A stretch of DNA of 64,000 nucleotides from the NCBI GenBank assembly GCA_964016885.1, contig OZ024754.1:22692001-22756000 (forward strand), written 5' to 3'. The DNA is from Eledone cirrhosa (lineage: Eukaryota). Of this stretch, positions 14,590 to 32,551 are shown one piece after another. How positions within the stretch are numbered: the first letter of the stretch is position 1; every line of letters begins with the position of its first letter. The notes beneath the pieces were generated by a model, which ran no database searches, had not been told where the DNA came from, and saw nothing but the letters and a program-made list of their open reading frames with translations. Position numbers and translations under genes: made by a program.

Positions 14590-15376
14590 CCCATATATCT
14601 CGTGGCATCTAACAACATCAGAGACTTGGGAGTAACCGTGGACAGCAACATAAGCTGGACCACGCATATAAGCAGCAAAGTTGACATGGCCCGCAGAATG
14701 TGTTCCTGGATCCTCAGAACCTTCCAGTCGAGAGATTCCCGCACCATTATCCTTCTCTTCTCTACTTTTGCCCGACCACACCTTGAATACTGTTGTCCAC
14801 TGTGGTCTCCCCACACGAAACAAAGTATCATGAAACTTGAAGCTCCTCAAAGGGCAATCACGAAAAAGATAGATGGCATGTCAGACCTTGACTACTGGGG
14901 TCGATTAGAAAACCTGAAACTTTACTCACTCCAACGTCGCCGTGAGCGTTATATTATCTGCATGATGTGGAAAATGTTCCATCATCACTGCCCAAATGAT
15001 GTTGGCATCGCCTTCAAGATACACCCAAGGCTTGGGCCCCGTGCTATCCGTCCCATTCAAAAATTTAAATCGCAACTCATAACAACAATACGGCACAATT
15101 ATTTCACCTCAATCGCGCCTGCTCTCTTCAACATCACACCAGGACACGTCAAAACAGAAACTGACCACACAAAATTCAAGAAGTCTTTGGACAAATTCCT
15201 CCAGGTAATCCCGGACAAACCACCCACACCCGGATATGTCTCCGCAAACAGTAATTCTCTTCTCGAATGGGCCATGGTGCCCAAATCCCTGAATTGAAAG
15301 ACTTCGCCAGGTGGTGCTATTAAGTTAGACATGGCCTGGGCCAATACTGGCCAAAACATTTCAAAGTTATTCAAAG

Positions 15377-15380
<4 letters not shown>
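14590..15380 (+). mobile_element. CR1/L2-group LINE, 3' fragment
   Basis: ORF 14602-15297: RDLGVTVD...[14 protein letters not shown]...[10 protein letters not shown]; ends in the tandem ttcaaagtta-ttcaaagtta. Confidence 0.88.
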
Positions 15381-15441
<61 letters not shown>

Positions 15442-15613
15442 TAAGTGAGGTTTTTTTACAAAATGAAAAATAACCGAGGTGTCCTACACGAGTGAAAGTA
15501 TAAAGAAAAAAAGATGAAATCGAAAATGCAACTGGAGTCTTATTTTTTTAAAAAATATATATATTTAAAAAAAAAATAAAACTCCAGTTGCATTTTCGGT
15601 TTCATCCTTTTTT

Positions 15614-16376
<763 letters not shown>

Positions 16377-16432
16377 ATATATATGTATGTATATATATGT
16401 ATATATATAGGTATATATATATATATATATAT

Positions 16433-16944
16433 ATTGGTAAACGGAAAAGAAAATGCTGACAAATTGTTCACAAGTGAAAAATAGTTATAGTATTGATTAG
16501 TATTCAGTTTTGGTTTTAAGTTTTACCGGTTGCGCATTTCTAATGCTTTTCAAAAATAATTTTGAGATAGAGCATCCGTGATGTTTGCTCTAATCTGATT
16601 AGTTTTGGAAATTCTACCTGTTTTTATGTGAAAAAAGTGGCTCCAGAGGTATTAAAATAAGTTTCGCGCCAATTCGTGTTGCAAAAATACTTGTGGTCAA
16701 AACAATTTTGATTGGTCGGTAGAGGTCATGTGAATGTTAAAAATTGATTTTGCGCCAAATATAGGTTTGTGTCGGCTGATTGAGAAGTCACTGAAAAATA
16801 AGTCTTTCAAAACAAATATGTGTGTGTGTGTGTGTGTGTGTGTATTAGTAGTAAAGAGGTTCGTTGCTGTGATAATGGTCAGCAGGGATGCATGTGCGAC
16901 CCGCAGCCTGTTGACAGTTCAAATGCCTATTAAGACAAGTGTGA

Positions 16945-17027
<83 letters not shown>

Positions 17028-17062
17028 GCTCTTTGTATGTTAATGTACGCGTGTGTATGTGA
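16433..17062 (-). mobile_element. Further copy of the PLE terminal repeat seen at 7262
   Basis: attggtaaacggaa.agaaaatgctgacaaattgttcac... is shared with 7262 onward. Confidence 0.75.
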
Positions 17063-17067
17063 ATATA

Positions 17068-17165
<98 letters not shown>

Positions 17166-17174
17166 AATATATAC

Positions 17175-17207
<33 letters not shown>

Positions 17208-17208
17208 A

Positions 17209-19830
<2,622 letters not shown>

Positions 19831-19887
19831 TTTCTCAATCCTTTTTCTCATTTCATTTCTCACTCTTAGTACCTGTATGTGTACCTG

Positions 19888-19951
<64 letters not shown>

Positions 19952-20183
19952 TGCTACTTTAGGTCTGTATGCATATATGTATGTACGTATACATACATAC
20001 TTACATTTAAGTAAGTGCCGTACTAAGAGAGAGAAATGAAATTTCGTTTTCATTTTATTACAACTTATCGTTCTCGGTACGCCTGGCCGAACTCACTCGA
20101 TATGCAAATTAGGCTACTCAGCCGTTAATTTTCATAAGGAAAGTATATACTTTCGAACGTTCAACCATCTGGCAGAAGGGTAT

Positions 20184-20226
20184 ACGGTGCTGATGATAGC
20201 TAACAAGCTTGAAACTAGTACATCGT
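20184..20226 (+). ncRNA. Minimal type I hammerhead ribozyme
   Basis: acggtg-CTGATGA-t agct aaca agct t-GAAA-ctag-TA-catcgt, inside a longer gttcaac/gttgaac stem. Confidence 0.82.
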
Positions 20227-20560
20227 TCCTGTGTCAGTGTTGAACAAAAAGGTGACGTGGTTGCCTTAACACCGTACGGCATAAATTCAGGCTGTTCAGT
20301 TTGTTTACAAACGAACAAAGCGGGCGTTATAATAAGCGTCCGCTAAACTGATACGTACATATATGTATGTGTACCTGTATGTATATATGTATATATATAT
20401 ATATATATATATGCAGGCTACTTTAGGTCTGTATGCATATATGTATGTACGTATACATACATACTTACATTTAAGTAAGTGCCGTACTAAGAGTGAGAAA
20501 TGAAATTTCGTTTTCATTTTATTACAACTTATATATATATATATTTACATATATATATAC

Positions 20561-20593
<33 letters not shown>

Positions 20594-20715
20594 ATTACAT
20601 ATATATATACATATATATATATTTACATATATATATATATATATTTACATATATATATATATTTACATAAATATATATATTTACATATACATATATATAT
20701 ATTTATATATATATA

Positions 20716-20819
<104 letters not shown>

Positions 20820-21253
20820 GTTTACATATACATAATGTTATAGATATATATGCTGCAACCGGTCACTTTCAGGCTCTATGAAGAATTAATAAATTAAATA
20901 TCCAGAGAAATATATCATAAATCATGTCCTTAGAATTATTAGATAAAATATGTACCATTTCTTCTTCCAATTAGCATAATATATTTTATCTAATAAAAGT
21001 CTAAAAGTGACCGGTTGCAGCATATATATCTATAACTTTATGTATATGTAAACCTTTATATTTAATAATCTCCCGTTAGGTTGAGATTCAATTTGGCGAT
21101 ATTTGGCTGCGCTTTCTAACAACATGCCTACCCGCCGTAAGCAACTAATCACATTCTTTCTAGCTTGACCACAGGCACATAGCGATTCTTAGCCATTTTT
21201 TAATCTAATTTTGGCGCGATCAGGTTGGAAAACTAGATGTCTGATTTTGAGTT

Positions 21254-21332
21254 TATCTCCTGATGAATCCTAACTCAAGACATTCCTATTAATTGGATGT
21301 CTAAAAATACGGATGAAACCATGGTAGAGATA
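21254..21332 (+). ncRNA. Type I hammerhead ribozyme with extended stem II
   Basis: tatctc-CTGATGA-atcc..agacattcc/ggatgtct..ggat-GAAA-ccatgg-TA-gagata. Confidence 0.82.
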
Positions 21333-21611
21333 TAATTACGGTATGTACACATTTCTTCAAAGTTTAATTTTACACCTAATTGTGTATGGTTGATGGTATA
21401 TTTAGTCAGTTTCTACATGCTGTCGAAATGTTGGATAAATACTCTATTGGGGCCACCGCGAAGAGGCCACTTTCAGTTATTTGTCGGAGATTTCTTCATA
21501 AGAGCCTTTCTTCTTATAGCTTAGTCTAATTGATTTTTTATATGGTTAATTATGCTAATTGGAAGAAGAAATGGTATATATTTTATCTAATAATTCTAAG
21601 GACATGATTTA

Positions 21612-21751
<140 letters not shown>

Positions 21752-21961
21752 GTATGTATGTATACGTACATACATATGTGTATACAGACGTACAGTAGTA
21801 TGTATATATATACATACATGCACACATATATATATGCACGTATCGGTTTACCGAACATGTATTATAATGCTCGGTTTCTTTGTTTGTAAACAAACAGCCC
21901 GAATTACGCCGTACAGTGTTTAGGCAATCAAGTCACCTTTTTGTTCAACACTGACACAGGA

Positions 21962-22004
21962 ACGATGTACTAGTTTCAAGCTTATTAGTTATCGTCAGCA
22001 TCGT
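21962..22004 (-). ncRNA. Minimal hammerhead (20184 family)
   Basis: Minus strand: acgatg-CTGACGA-taactaataagctt-GAAA-ctag-TA-catcgt. Confidence 0.75.
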
Positions 22005-22112
22005 ATACCTTCCTGCCAGATGGTTGAACACCTGAATGTTTTATACTTTCCTTATGCATACTAACGGCTGAGCAGCCTAATTTGCATATCGAGTGAGTTC
22101 AGAGGAAGGTAT

Positions 22113-22155
22113 ACAATGCTGACGATAGCTAATAAGCTTGAAACTAGTACATCGT
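22113..22155 (+). ncRNA. Minimal hammerhead (20184 family)
   Basis: acaatg-CTGACGA-tagctaataagctt-GAAA-ctag-TA-catcgt. Confidence 0.75.
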
Positions 22156-22561
22156 TCCTGTGTCAGTGTTGAACAAAAAGGTGACGTGGTTGCCTAAACA
22201 CTGTACGGCGTAATCCGGGCTATTTGTTTGTTTACAAACAAACAAACCGAGCATTATATTAAATGTTCGGTAAACCGATACGTGCATATATATATGTGCG
22301 CATGTATGTATATATATACATACAACTGTACGTCTGTATACATATATGTATGTACGTATACATACATACATACTTACATTTAAGTAAGTGCCGTAATAAG
22401 AGTGAGAAATTAATTTTCGTTTCATTCTATTACATTTATCGTTTTCGGTGCGTCCAGTCGACTGATCTCACTCGATATGCAAATTAGGCTGCTCAGCCGT
22501 TAATATCCATAAGGAGAGTATATATTTGCAGACGTTCATCCATCTGACAGGAAGGTATAAA

Positions 22562-22601
22562 ATGCTGACTATAGTTAATAAGCTTGAAACTAGTACATCG
22601 T
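22562..22601 (+). ncRNA. Mutated hammerhead (20184 family; core CTGACTA)
   Basis: G8 replaced by T, so probably inactive. Confidence 0.55.
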
Positions 22602-22911
22602 TCCTGTGTCAGTGTTGAACAAAAAGGTGACGTGGTTGCCTAAACACTGTACGGCGTAATTCTGGCTGTTTGTTTGTTTACAAACAAACAAACCGAGCAT
22701 TATAATAAATGTTCGGTAAACCGAGCATTATAATATATGTTCGGTAAACATATATATATGTGTGCATTTATGTATATATATACATACTACTGTACCTCTG
22801 TATACATATATGTATGTACGTATACATAAATACATACTTACATTTAAGTAAGTGCCGTACTAAGAGTGAGAAATGAAATTTCGTTTTATTCTATTCCATG
22901 TATATACATAT

Positions 22912-22997
<86 letters not shown>

Positions 22998-23097
22998 ATA
23001 TATATATATATATATATAACGAAGGAAATGTGGTAAGGAACCAGGTGGACCATAACGCATCAAAGTACTCAATACTTAGGGTAGTAGAGTGGGTAAT

Positions 23098-23166
23098 AGG
23101 AACGAGTAGGACCCCGACGGCTGAGCTCGAAACGGCTTGAGCTCAGCCGTCGGGGTCCTACTCGTT

Positions 23167-23170
<4 letters not shown>
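23098..23170. repeat. Perfect ~32 bp-arm hairpin ending a short repeat element
   Basis: taggaacgagtaggaccccgacggctgagctc gaaacggctt gagctcagccgtcggggtcctactcgttccta. Confidence 0.9.
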
Positions 23171-23265
<95 letters not shown>

Positions 23266-23386
23266 GTATATATATGTATATACATGTATATATATGTATA
23301 TACATGTATATATATGTATATACATGTTTATATACGTATATATATATGTGTGTATATATATATATGTATATATATATATGTGTGTG

Positions 23387-23418
<32 letters not shown>

Positions 23419-23641
23419 TTTCGTTTCTGAATTTGTTTAGCAAGATTCTTTATCTGAAATCGTGTGTTGAAACCGATATTGTTATACTTTGGGAGGGTCA
23501 TGTTGCCAATAAGAAACACACGCACCAGTTGCTTTCACTTCAATTTATTATATATTTATAAATTTATAAATTTACAAATCTACAAATTTATAAATTTCTG
23601 GTTGGTTGGTTGGTTCCACAACCAGATAGTTGTTTATATAT

Positions 23642-23686
23642 AGTCATAGTCCTTTCGTCACACACTCTGTGACCTCTTCAGTGACT
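23642..23686 (-). ncRNA. Minimal hammerhead (17598 family)
   Basis: Minus strand: agtca-CTGAAGA-ggtcacagagtgtgtgac-GAAA-ggac-TA-tgact. Confidence 0.72.
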
Positions 23687-24254
23687 GGGGATTCCTTTCT
23701 TTGTTTCTGTGCCTTTCCTTTCTTCTGTCCTACGGCATTTTGTTTCTGTGTGTGTGTTGTGTGCTCAGTTTGCGCATGCGCCACATCCGGGTGTCTGTGT
23801 GTGTTTGTGTTCATTTATCTATTTGTTTATTTATTTACATGTTGTTGGTTGGTTGTTTGTTCTATGTGCGTGTGTGTTTTCATTTTGTCCTTAATTGTAA
23901 GTTGTGATGTTGCTGTTCCACTCATATTTTCTATTTAATTTTGGTTGTAATTCTTTTATGTTTACTGCCTCTGTAATTTGTCTAAACATTGCATCTTTTC
24001 TGTGTGTAGATTCTATTTTTATTTCTATGTTCTCTAATTTACCCTTGTGTTCTATCTTAGCATGTTGGTAGAGTACAGATGATTCTTTATTATCTTGAAG
24101 GTCTCGCCAGTGTTCATTTATCCGTTCCCCTATACTACGAGCTGTCTCACCTATGTACACTATATTTTTGTTTCTACATTGTCCTTCAGTACATCTTATG
24201 CTATGGCGTAGGACAGAAGAAAGGAAAGGCACAGAAACAAAGAAAGGAATCCCC

Positions 24255-24299
24255 AGTCACTGAAGAGGTCACAGAGTGTGTGACGAAAGGACTATGACT
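24255..24299 (+). ncRNA. Minimal hammerhead (17598 family, inverted copy)
   Basis: agtca-CTGAAGA-ggtcacagagtgtgtgac-GAAA-ggac-TA-tgact. Confidence 0.72.
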
Positions 24300-24458
24300 A
24301 TATATAAACAACTATCTGGTTGTGGAACCAACCAACCAACCAGAAATTTATAAATTTGTAGATTTGTAAATTTATAAATATATAATAAATTGAAGTGAAA
24401 GCAACTGGTGCGTGTGGTGTGTTTCTTATTGGCAACATGACCCTCCCAAAGTATAACA

Positions 24459-24574
<116 letters not shown>

Positions 24575-24591
24575 ATATATATATATATATG

Positions 24592-24636
<45 letters not shown>

Positions 24637-24683
24637 ATATAGATATATATATATATATGTATGTATATATATATATATATATA

Positions 24684-27600
24684 TTGGAATAAATGCTCTG
24701 AAATAGCGATATATATGTGAATATAGACATAGAATATTCGAAAATATTCTGTATGTTTATAATAAACATTTTGAAGACCTAATCGCTATAGAATAGAATA
24801 CGTCACGTATTACAATTAGATTCTCGATAAAAGCAAGGGAAGTAATCTACGCGTTTCATTCTTGTTAGAAATCATCAGGACTACATATCCAGTGCTTTTA
24901 TCGAGAATGACACAGCTAGAGACTTATAGAATACTTAGCTGTGTACAGGAACTGGTTTGAAAGAGCGGTTGCCGGTCCGGCAGAAATTAGAAATTGGAAT
25001 AAATGCTCTGAAATAGCGATATATATGTGAATATAGACATAGAATATTCGAAAATATTCTGTATGTTTATAATAAACATTTTGAAGACCTAATCGCTATA
25101 GAATAGAATACGTCACGTATTACAATTAGATTCTCGATAAAAGCAAGGGAAGTAATCTACGCGTTTCATTCTTGTTAGAAATCATCAGGACTACATATCC
25201 AGTGCTTTTATCGAGAATGACACAGCTAGAGACTTATAGAATACTTAGCTGTGTACAGGAACTGGTTTGAAAGAGCGGTTGCCGGTCCGGCAGAAATTAG
25301 AAATTGGAATAAATGCTCTGAAATAGCGATATATATGTGAATATAGACATAGAATATTCGAAAATATTCTGTATGTTTATAATAAACATTTTGAAGACCT
25401 AATCGCTATAGAATAGAATACGTCACGTATTACAATTAGATTCTCGATAAAAGCAAGGGAAGTAATCTACGCGTTTCATTCTTGTTAGAAATCATCAGGA
25501 CTACATATCCAGTGCTTTTATCGAGAATGACACAGCTAGAGACTTATAGAATACTTAGCTGTGTACAGGAACTGGTTTGAAAGAGCGGTTGCCGGTCCGG
25601 CAGAAATTAGAAATTGGAATAAATGCTCTGAAATAGCGATATATATGTGAATATAGACATAGAATATTCGAAAATATTCTGTATGTTTATAATAAACATT
25701 TTGAAGACCTAATCGCTATAGAATAGAATACGTCACGTATTACAATTAGATTCTCGATAAAAGCAAGGGAAGTAATCTACGCGTTTCATTCTTGTTAGAA
25801 ATCATCAGGACTACATATCCAGTGCTTTTATCGAGAATGACACAGCTAGAGACTTATAGAATACTTAGCTGTGTACAGGAACTGGTTTGAAAGAGCGGTT
25901 GCCGGTCCGGCAGAAATTAGAAATTGGAATAAATGCTCTGAAATAGCGATATATATGTGAATATAGACATAGAATATTCGAAAATATTCTGTATGTTTAT
26001 AATAAACATTTTGAAGACCTAATCGCTATAGAATAGAATACGTCACGTATTACAATTAGATTCTCGATAAAAGCAAGGGAAGTAATCTACGCGTTTCATT
26101 CTTGTTAGAAATCATCAGGACTACATATCCAGTGCTTTTATCGAGAATGACACAGCTAGAGACTTATAGAATACTTAGCTGTGTACAGGAACTGGTTTGA
26201 AAGAGCGGTTGCCGGTCCGGCAGAAATTAGAAATTGGAATAAATGCTCTGAAATAGCGATATATAGACGTATTCTATTCTATAGCGATTAGGTCTTCAAA
26301 ATGTTTATTATAAACATACAGAATATTTTCGAATATTCTATGTCTATATTCACATATATATCGCTATTTCAGAGCATTTATTCCAATTTCTAATTTCTGC
26401 CGGACCGGCAACCGCTCTTTCAAACCAGTTCCTGTACACAGCTAAGTATTCTATAAGTCTCTAGCTGTGTCATTCTCGATAAAAGCACTGGATATGTAGT
26501 CCTGATGATTTCTAACAAGAATGAAACGCGTAGATTACTTCCCTTGCTTTTATCGAGAATCTAATTGTAATACGTGACGTATTCTATTCTATAGCGATTA
26601 GGTCTTCAAAATGTTTATTATAAACATACAGAATATTTTCGAATATTCTATGTCTATATTCACATATATATCGCTATTTCAGAGCATTTATTCCAATTTC
26701 TAATTTCTGCCGGACCGGCAACCGCTCTTTCAAACCAGTTCCTGTACACAGCTAAGTATTCTATAAGTCTCTAGCTGTGTCATTCTCGATAAAAGCACTG
26801 GATATGTAGTCCTGATGATTTCTAACAAGAATGAAACGCGTAGATTACTTCCCTTGCTTTTATCGAGAATCGAATTGTAATACGTGACGTATTCTATTCT
26901 ATAGCGATTAGGTCTTCAAAATGTTTATTATAAACATACAGAATATTTTCGAATATTCTATGTCTATATTCACATATATATCGCTATTTCAGAGCATTTA
27001 TTCCAATTTCTAATTTCTGCCGGACCGGCAACCGCTCTTTCAAACCAGTTCCTGTACACAGCTAAGTATTCTATAAGTCTCTAGCTGTGTCATTCTCGAT
27101 AAAAGCACTGGATATGTAGTCCTGATGATTTCTAACAAGAATGAAACGCGTAGATTACTTCCCTTGCTTTTATCGAGAATCTAATTGTAATACGTGACGT
27201 ATTCTATTCTATAGCGATTAGGTCTTCAAAATGTTTATTATAAACATACAGAATATTTTCGAATATTCTATGTCTATATTCACATATATATCGCTATTTC
27301 AGAGCATTTATTCCAATTTCTAATTTCTGCCGGACCGGCAACCGCTCTTTCAAACCAGTTCCTGTACACAGCTAAGTATTCTATAAGTCTCTAGCTGTGT
27401 CATTCTCGATAAAAGCACTGGATATGTAGTCCTGATGATTTCTAACAAGAATGAAACGCGTAGATTACTTCCCTTGCTTTTATCGAGAATCTAATTGTAA
27501 TACGTGACGTATTCTATTCTATAGCGATTAGGTCTTCAAAATGTTTATTATAAACATACAGAATATTTTCGAATATTCTATGTCTATATTCACATATATA

Positions 27601-28522
27601 TCGCTATTTCAGAGCATTTATTCCAATTTCTAATTTCTGCCGGACCGGCAACCGCTCTTTCAAACCAGTTCCTGTACACAGCTAAGTATTCTATAAGTCT
27701 CTAGCTGTGTCATTCTCGATAAAAGCACTGGATATGTAGTCCTGATGATTTCTAACAAGAATGAAACGCGTAGATTACTTCCCTTGCTTTTATCGAGAAT
27801 CTAATTGTAATACGTGACGTATTCTATTCTATAGCGATTAGGTCTTCAAAATGTTTATTATAAACATACAGAATATTTTCGAATATTCTATGTCTATATT
27901 CACATATATATCGCTATTTCAGAGCATTTATTCCAATTTCTAATTTCTGCCGGACCGGCAACCGCTCTTTCAAACCAGTTCCTGTACACAGCTAAGTATT
28001 CTATAAGTCTCTAGCTGTGTCATTCTCGATAAAAGCACTGGATATGTAGTCCTGATGATTTCTAACAAGAATGAAACGCGTAGATTACTTCCCTTGCTTT
28101 TATCGAGAATCTAATTGTAATACGTGACGTATTCTATTCTATAGCGATTAGGTCTTCAAAATGTTTATTATAAACATACAGAATATTTTCGAATATTCTA
28201 TGTCTATATTCACATATATATCGCTATTTCAGAGCATTTATTCCAATTTCTAATTTCTGCCGGACCGGCAACCGCTCTTTCAAACCAGTTCCTGTACACA
28301 GCTAAGTATTCTATAAGTCTCTAGCTGTGTCATTCTCGATAAAAGCACTGGATATGTAGTCCTGATGATTTCTAACAAGAATGAAACGCGTAGATTACTT
28401 CCCTTGCTTTTATCGAGAATCTAATTGTAATACGTGACGTATTCTATTCTATAGCGATTAGGTCTTCAAAATGTTTATTATAAACATACAGAATATTTTC
28501 GAATATTCTATGTCTATATTCA
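24684..28522. mobile_element. Retrozyme-like tandem array of 310 bp units with 12 hammerheads in two divergent arms (junction ~26265)
   Basis: Exact 310 bp period. HHRs on minus near 24842, 25152, 25462, 25772, 26082; on plus at 26496, 26806, 27116, 27426, 27736, 28046, 28356. No ORF; flanked by (TA)n. Confidence 0.9.
26496..26538 (+). ncRNA. Minimal type I hammerhead ribozyme (representative array copy)
   Basis: gtagtc-CTGATGA-t ttct aaca agaa t-GAAA-cgcg-TA-gattac; predicted cleavage after 26532; enclosed by the attctcgataaaagca/tgcttttatcgagaat stem. Confidence 0.85.
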
Positions 28523-28541
28523 TATATATATATATATGAGT

Positions 28542-28665
28542 GAAGGCGTGTGGCTGAGTGGTTAGAGAATTGGATTCGCAATCGTAAGGTTGTGAGTTCG
28601 ATTCCTGGACCAGGCGATACGTTGTGTCCTTGAGCAAGACACTTTATTTCACGTTGCTTCTTCTA
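28542..28665 (+). mobile_element. tRNA-derived SINE (CORE-like body), truncated
   Basis: A box tggctgagtgg, B box gagttcgattc, followed by gtgtccttgagcaagacactttattt. Confidence 0.8.
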
Positions 28666-28858
28666 CCTGGAGTTGCGACCGATAGATAGTATTAGCAATT
28701 GGAAAGACCAATGGAAACATTGTTTCCTCGGTCCGATTTGACGAAAGTCGATCGATTGGAAATATATATATATATATGTATGTATATATATATATATATA
28801 TGTATGTATATATATATATATATATATGTATGTATATATAGATATAGATATATATATG

Positions 28859-28925
<67 letters not shown>

Positions 28926-29859
28926 AAGGTGAATATAAAATGAAAGTGCTTTTTTAAAAAAAAAGGAATTTATTAGGTATTGACATATGTTTCTGTAACA
29001 GACGGAATACCTATGTATCGCTGCTTGCGTAATCATATAATGTTAGCAAGTATTCGATAGTAAATGTATAATCAGTTGTCACTTCTTCAGAGATTTTGGA
29101 TAAATTGGAAAAAATCAGAAAAATTGAAGTATTTATATTAGTTGTAATAGAGGAAGAAGAGAAGGGATAGTATATGACAGATGGTAATTCAATTTACTGC
29201 TAAACAAGTATATAAAGGGTTTCTAATGAGAATAAAATGAGTAAATGGTTTATTTTATCTAAATAAGAATTTTTGGGAGTGCCTATTTTAATCTATACTT
29301 GACCAATTGAACAATGGACAGGGCTGGTCATTTGGTGTAGTAGTATTAATTATAAAGTGTCAATTAAGGAAGGGGGAGATTTCGACTGCTACTGAATAAC
29401 ATCAATGCTAGTAGCCAGCTGGTATATGCATTAGGGAATTGAATTAAGAAATCTCATTTTATCTATAGCAGTTTATATTAAATAGTAAATAATAGAAGAG
29501 TTGATAGAATTAAGACTAATAGAGAATGTTAATATGTATTTTGACAATAAAACGGAGATGGAGACAGGCGTTCAATCCTGGTAGTATTTGTAATATGAAA
29601 ATGTAGATTTTAAGCGATGGTTACAGTATAACGATCGCTCTATTCTGTTATTTAATAAAATTCATCAGATGAAATGACAGTTGATAATAACATTGAAATA
29701 TTGAATGTCTGCATAACTAATACTTTGTAGATAGCAGCTGTTTTCGGGTTATGTAACTGTTATTGAAACACGTGTCAATAAATTTCTTTTAACTGAACTG
29801 TATCCATTTAAATCCTTCTATATATACATATATATACATATATAAATATATATATATAC

Positions 29860-29924
<65 letters not shown>

Positions 29925-29937
29925 CATATATATATAC

Positions 29938-30166
<229 letters not shown>

Positions 30167-30350
30167 CGATATTAAACAAATGGAAACTAAATTTATAAAA
30201 CCATATTTATTTCATTATACATATTTCAGGGATACCATATTAGTTTCCATTTGTTTAATATCGTATATCTACTCCAAAAACTTGTCGAGTGCTTTATATC
30301 AGTTATAAAATATTTACTTGTTGTAACCCAACAATTTTAAATAAAACTTT

Positions 30351-30450
<100 letters not shown>

Positions 30451-30754
30451 GTGAAAAATTGAACGGGAACAAAACAGCGAGGCATTACGAACAAAGGTTT
30501 ACTGATAGAATAACTATGTAGCTTGTGTCTCTTCCTATCTACGGTTAGCTTTCCTCTTTGTTGTTTACTTGTCTCACTCGCTTTACGCGTTTTAATTGTC
30601 CTAATAACTTAATGTAGTTATTATTGCACCAACGTGAGGTATATGATTTTTAATACAATGAAATATCTATGATCGTTGGCAAATCACTGATGAGGGACTC
30701 ATTTTATAACATGTTATCCATGTGCAACCTGCAGTATTCTTCTCCCCATTTTTT

Positions 30755-30796
<42 letters not shown>

Positions 30797-30911
30797 GATA
30801 AGCAGAACAAGTAAAATTCAACCAATTTTTCAAAATAAATCAAAATTAATTTACAATTAAAATTAATCAAAATTAAAAAAAATATAATATAAATATTTAC
30901 CTATTCGGGCA

Positions 30912-30992
30912 GCTCTTACTGTACAGTTTCACTTTGCAAAACATTAGATATCACATGGATATTAATGGAAAAGCAAAGATCATCAGAGAAGC
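30912..30992 (-). ncRNA. Type I hammerhead ribozyme with extended stem II
   Basis: Minus strand: gcttct-CTGATGA-t ctttgc...gcaaag t-GAAA-ctgtacag-TA-agagc. Confidence 0.75.
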
Positions 30993-31212
30993 ATTTTCCT
31001 TTCCTAGGGTTAAAAACCCCAGGAACGATAAAATATATGACCTCACTCCAACTAATACAGGTCTGAAAGGTCGTGAAAGTGACCCATAAATACGTTGGTG
31101 TATAGTGAAGGCGGGAAATCGTAGACTTGTTGTCTATGTTTGCCACCAAAAAAATAAATTTTTAGCAGCTAGATAGAACGACAGAATATTTTCTCTACAT
31201 AATCGGAGAATA

Positions 31213-31870
31213 AGTGGGATGGGCTGTGGTATGAGGTTAGTGGATTGTCAGTAGACGGGTTGACGTGTGTGTGGGGGTGTGGTATTGGTGTCGTTGTCTA
31301 TGGTAGCGGCGTTTGTGGTGGTGTGGTGGATGTATTGGTGGCGTCAAGGCCCTTACCTAGATACATAGCTAGACGCTCTTCGTCTGACAGATACTTTGTA
31401 TATACGTATACGCACACACATATATGTATATATGTGCACACATATTGTTGTATAAACACACCCACCACAAAACACACACCCATCACACAACACATACGCA
31501 CATCCTTGCCCACACATATCGACACACGCTCACACACAGCCATATGTATATGTACACACATGTATGTGCATGCGCGCATGCGGACACGAATATGGAGAGT
31601 GGTGGAGTATCGATGGGGGTGGCGAACGACAGAGATGGGGGGGAAGGTGAGAGGCAATGTAGAAGGTGTTTTACATATATACATGCACATACATATACCC
31701 ATACACACATATGGGTATGGGCACATGGACTCACACTCACGTATACAAAATATACACATACACACTCACACACGTATACTCACACACACATATATATATA
31801 TATACACATATACACACGTCAACCCGTCTACTGACAATCCACTAACCTCATACCACAGCCCATCCCACTA
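31213..31870. repeat. ~56 bp inverted repeat pair
   Basis: agtgggatgggctgtggtatgagg...ttgacgtgt (~31213-31269) versus its reverse complement at ~31814-31870. Confidence 0.85.
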
Positions 31871-32131
31871 AGCAACCATAACCACCACCATATCATCACA
31901 TCCACCCCCACATACTCTACACGCCAAGGCCAACCAACCACCACTACACCACATCCCATCTCATCCACCGACCGTCACCAACATCTCACCATCACACCCA
32001 CTCCCATATACACTACAGGCCAGTACATTGCCTTGATCCTTCCCACCAATCAAAACAACTCATTTTGTCAAACTCTTGAATCTCTGACTTTACCACATAG
32101 CATGTATTTCATTTTCTTATAGCATTTTAAG

Positions 32132-32219
32132 AGGGTCCGTCGAGCTGCGGATTATTGAGTCGGGTAGGATCGATATAGATCGAACCTTGAGCTGATCAGT
32201 GGCGAAACGCGCGTCACCT
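32132..32219 (+). ncRNA. Degenerate hammerhead (core CCGTCGA)
   Basis: agggt-CCGTCGA-gctgc...gtggc-GAAA-cgcgcg-TC-acct; two core mismatches. Confidence 0.5.
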
Positions 32220-32380
32220 ATCAATAAATGCAATGAAGGAATAATCAATCGTCCTTTTTATCCTTTCTATATATTACACTCTGTATAGCTCTACACATCA
32301 TCTCAGAAGTGAACCTAAACATCGAGTGCTCTCCCGGGTGAACCTGCAGTAACTCCTAGTTACACCCCCTGGATATATAC

Positions 32381-32443
<63 letters not shown>

Positions 32444-32444
32444 C

Positions 32445-32551
<107 letters not shown>

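Noticed and set aside
24684-28522. CRISPR array
   Set aside because: Whole units are identical with no unique spacers, there are no cas genes, and the context is eukaryotic
28542-28615. tRNA gene
   Set aside because: Has A and B boxes but no proper acceptor stem, and continues into a SINE body
29625-29785. Two possible hammerheads (minus CTGATGA at ~29662-29668; plus TTGATAA...GAAA-cacgtg-TC)
   Set aside because: The first lacks GAAA and the second lacks stem I pairing; at most decayed relics
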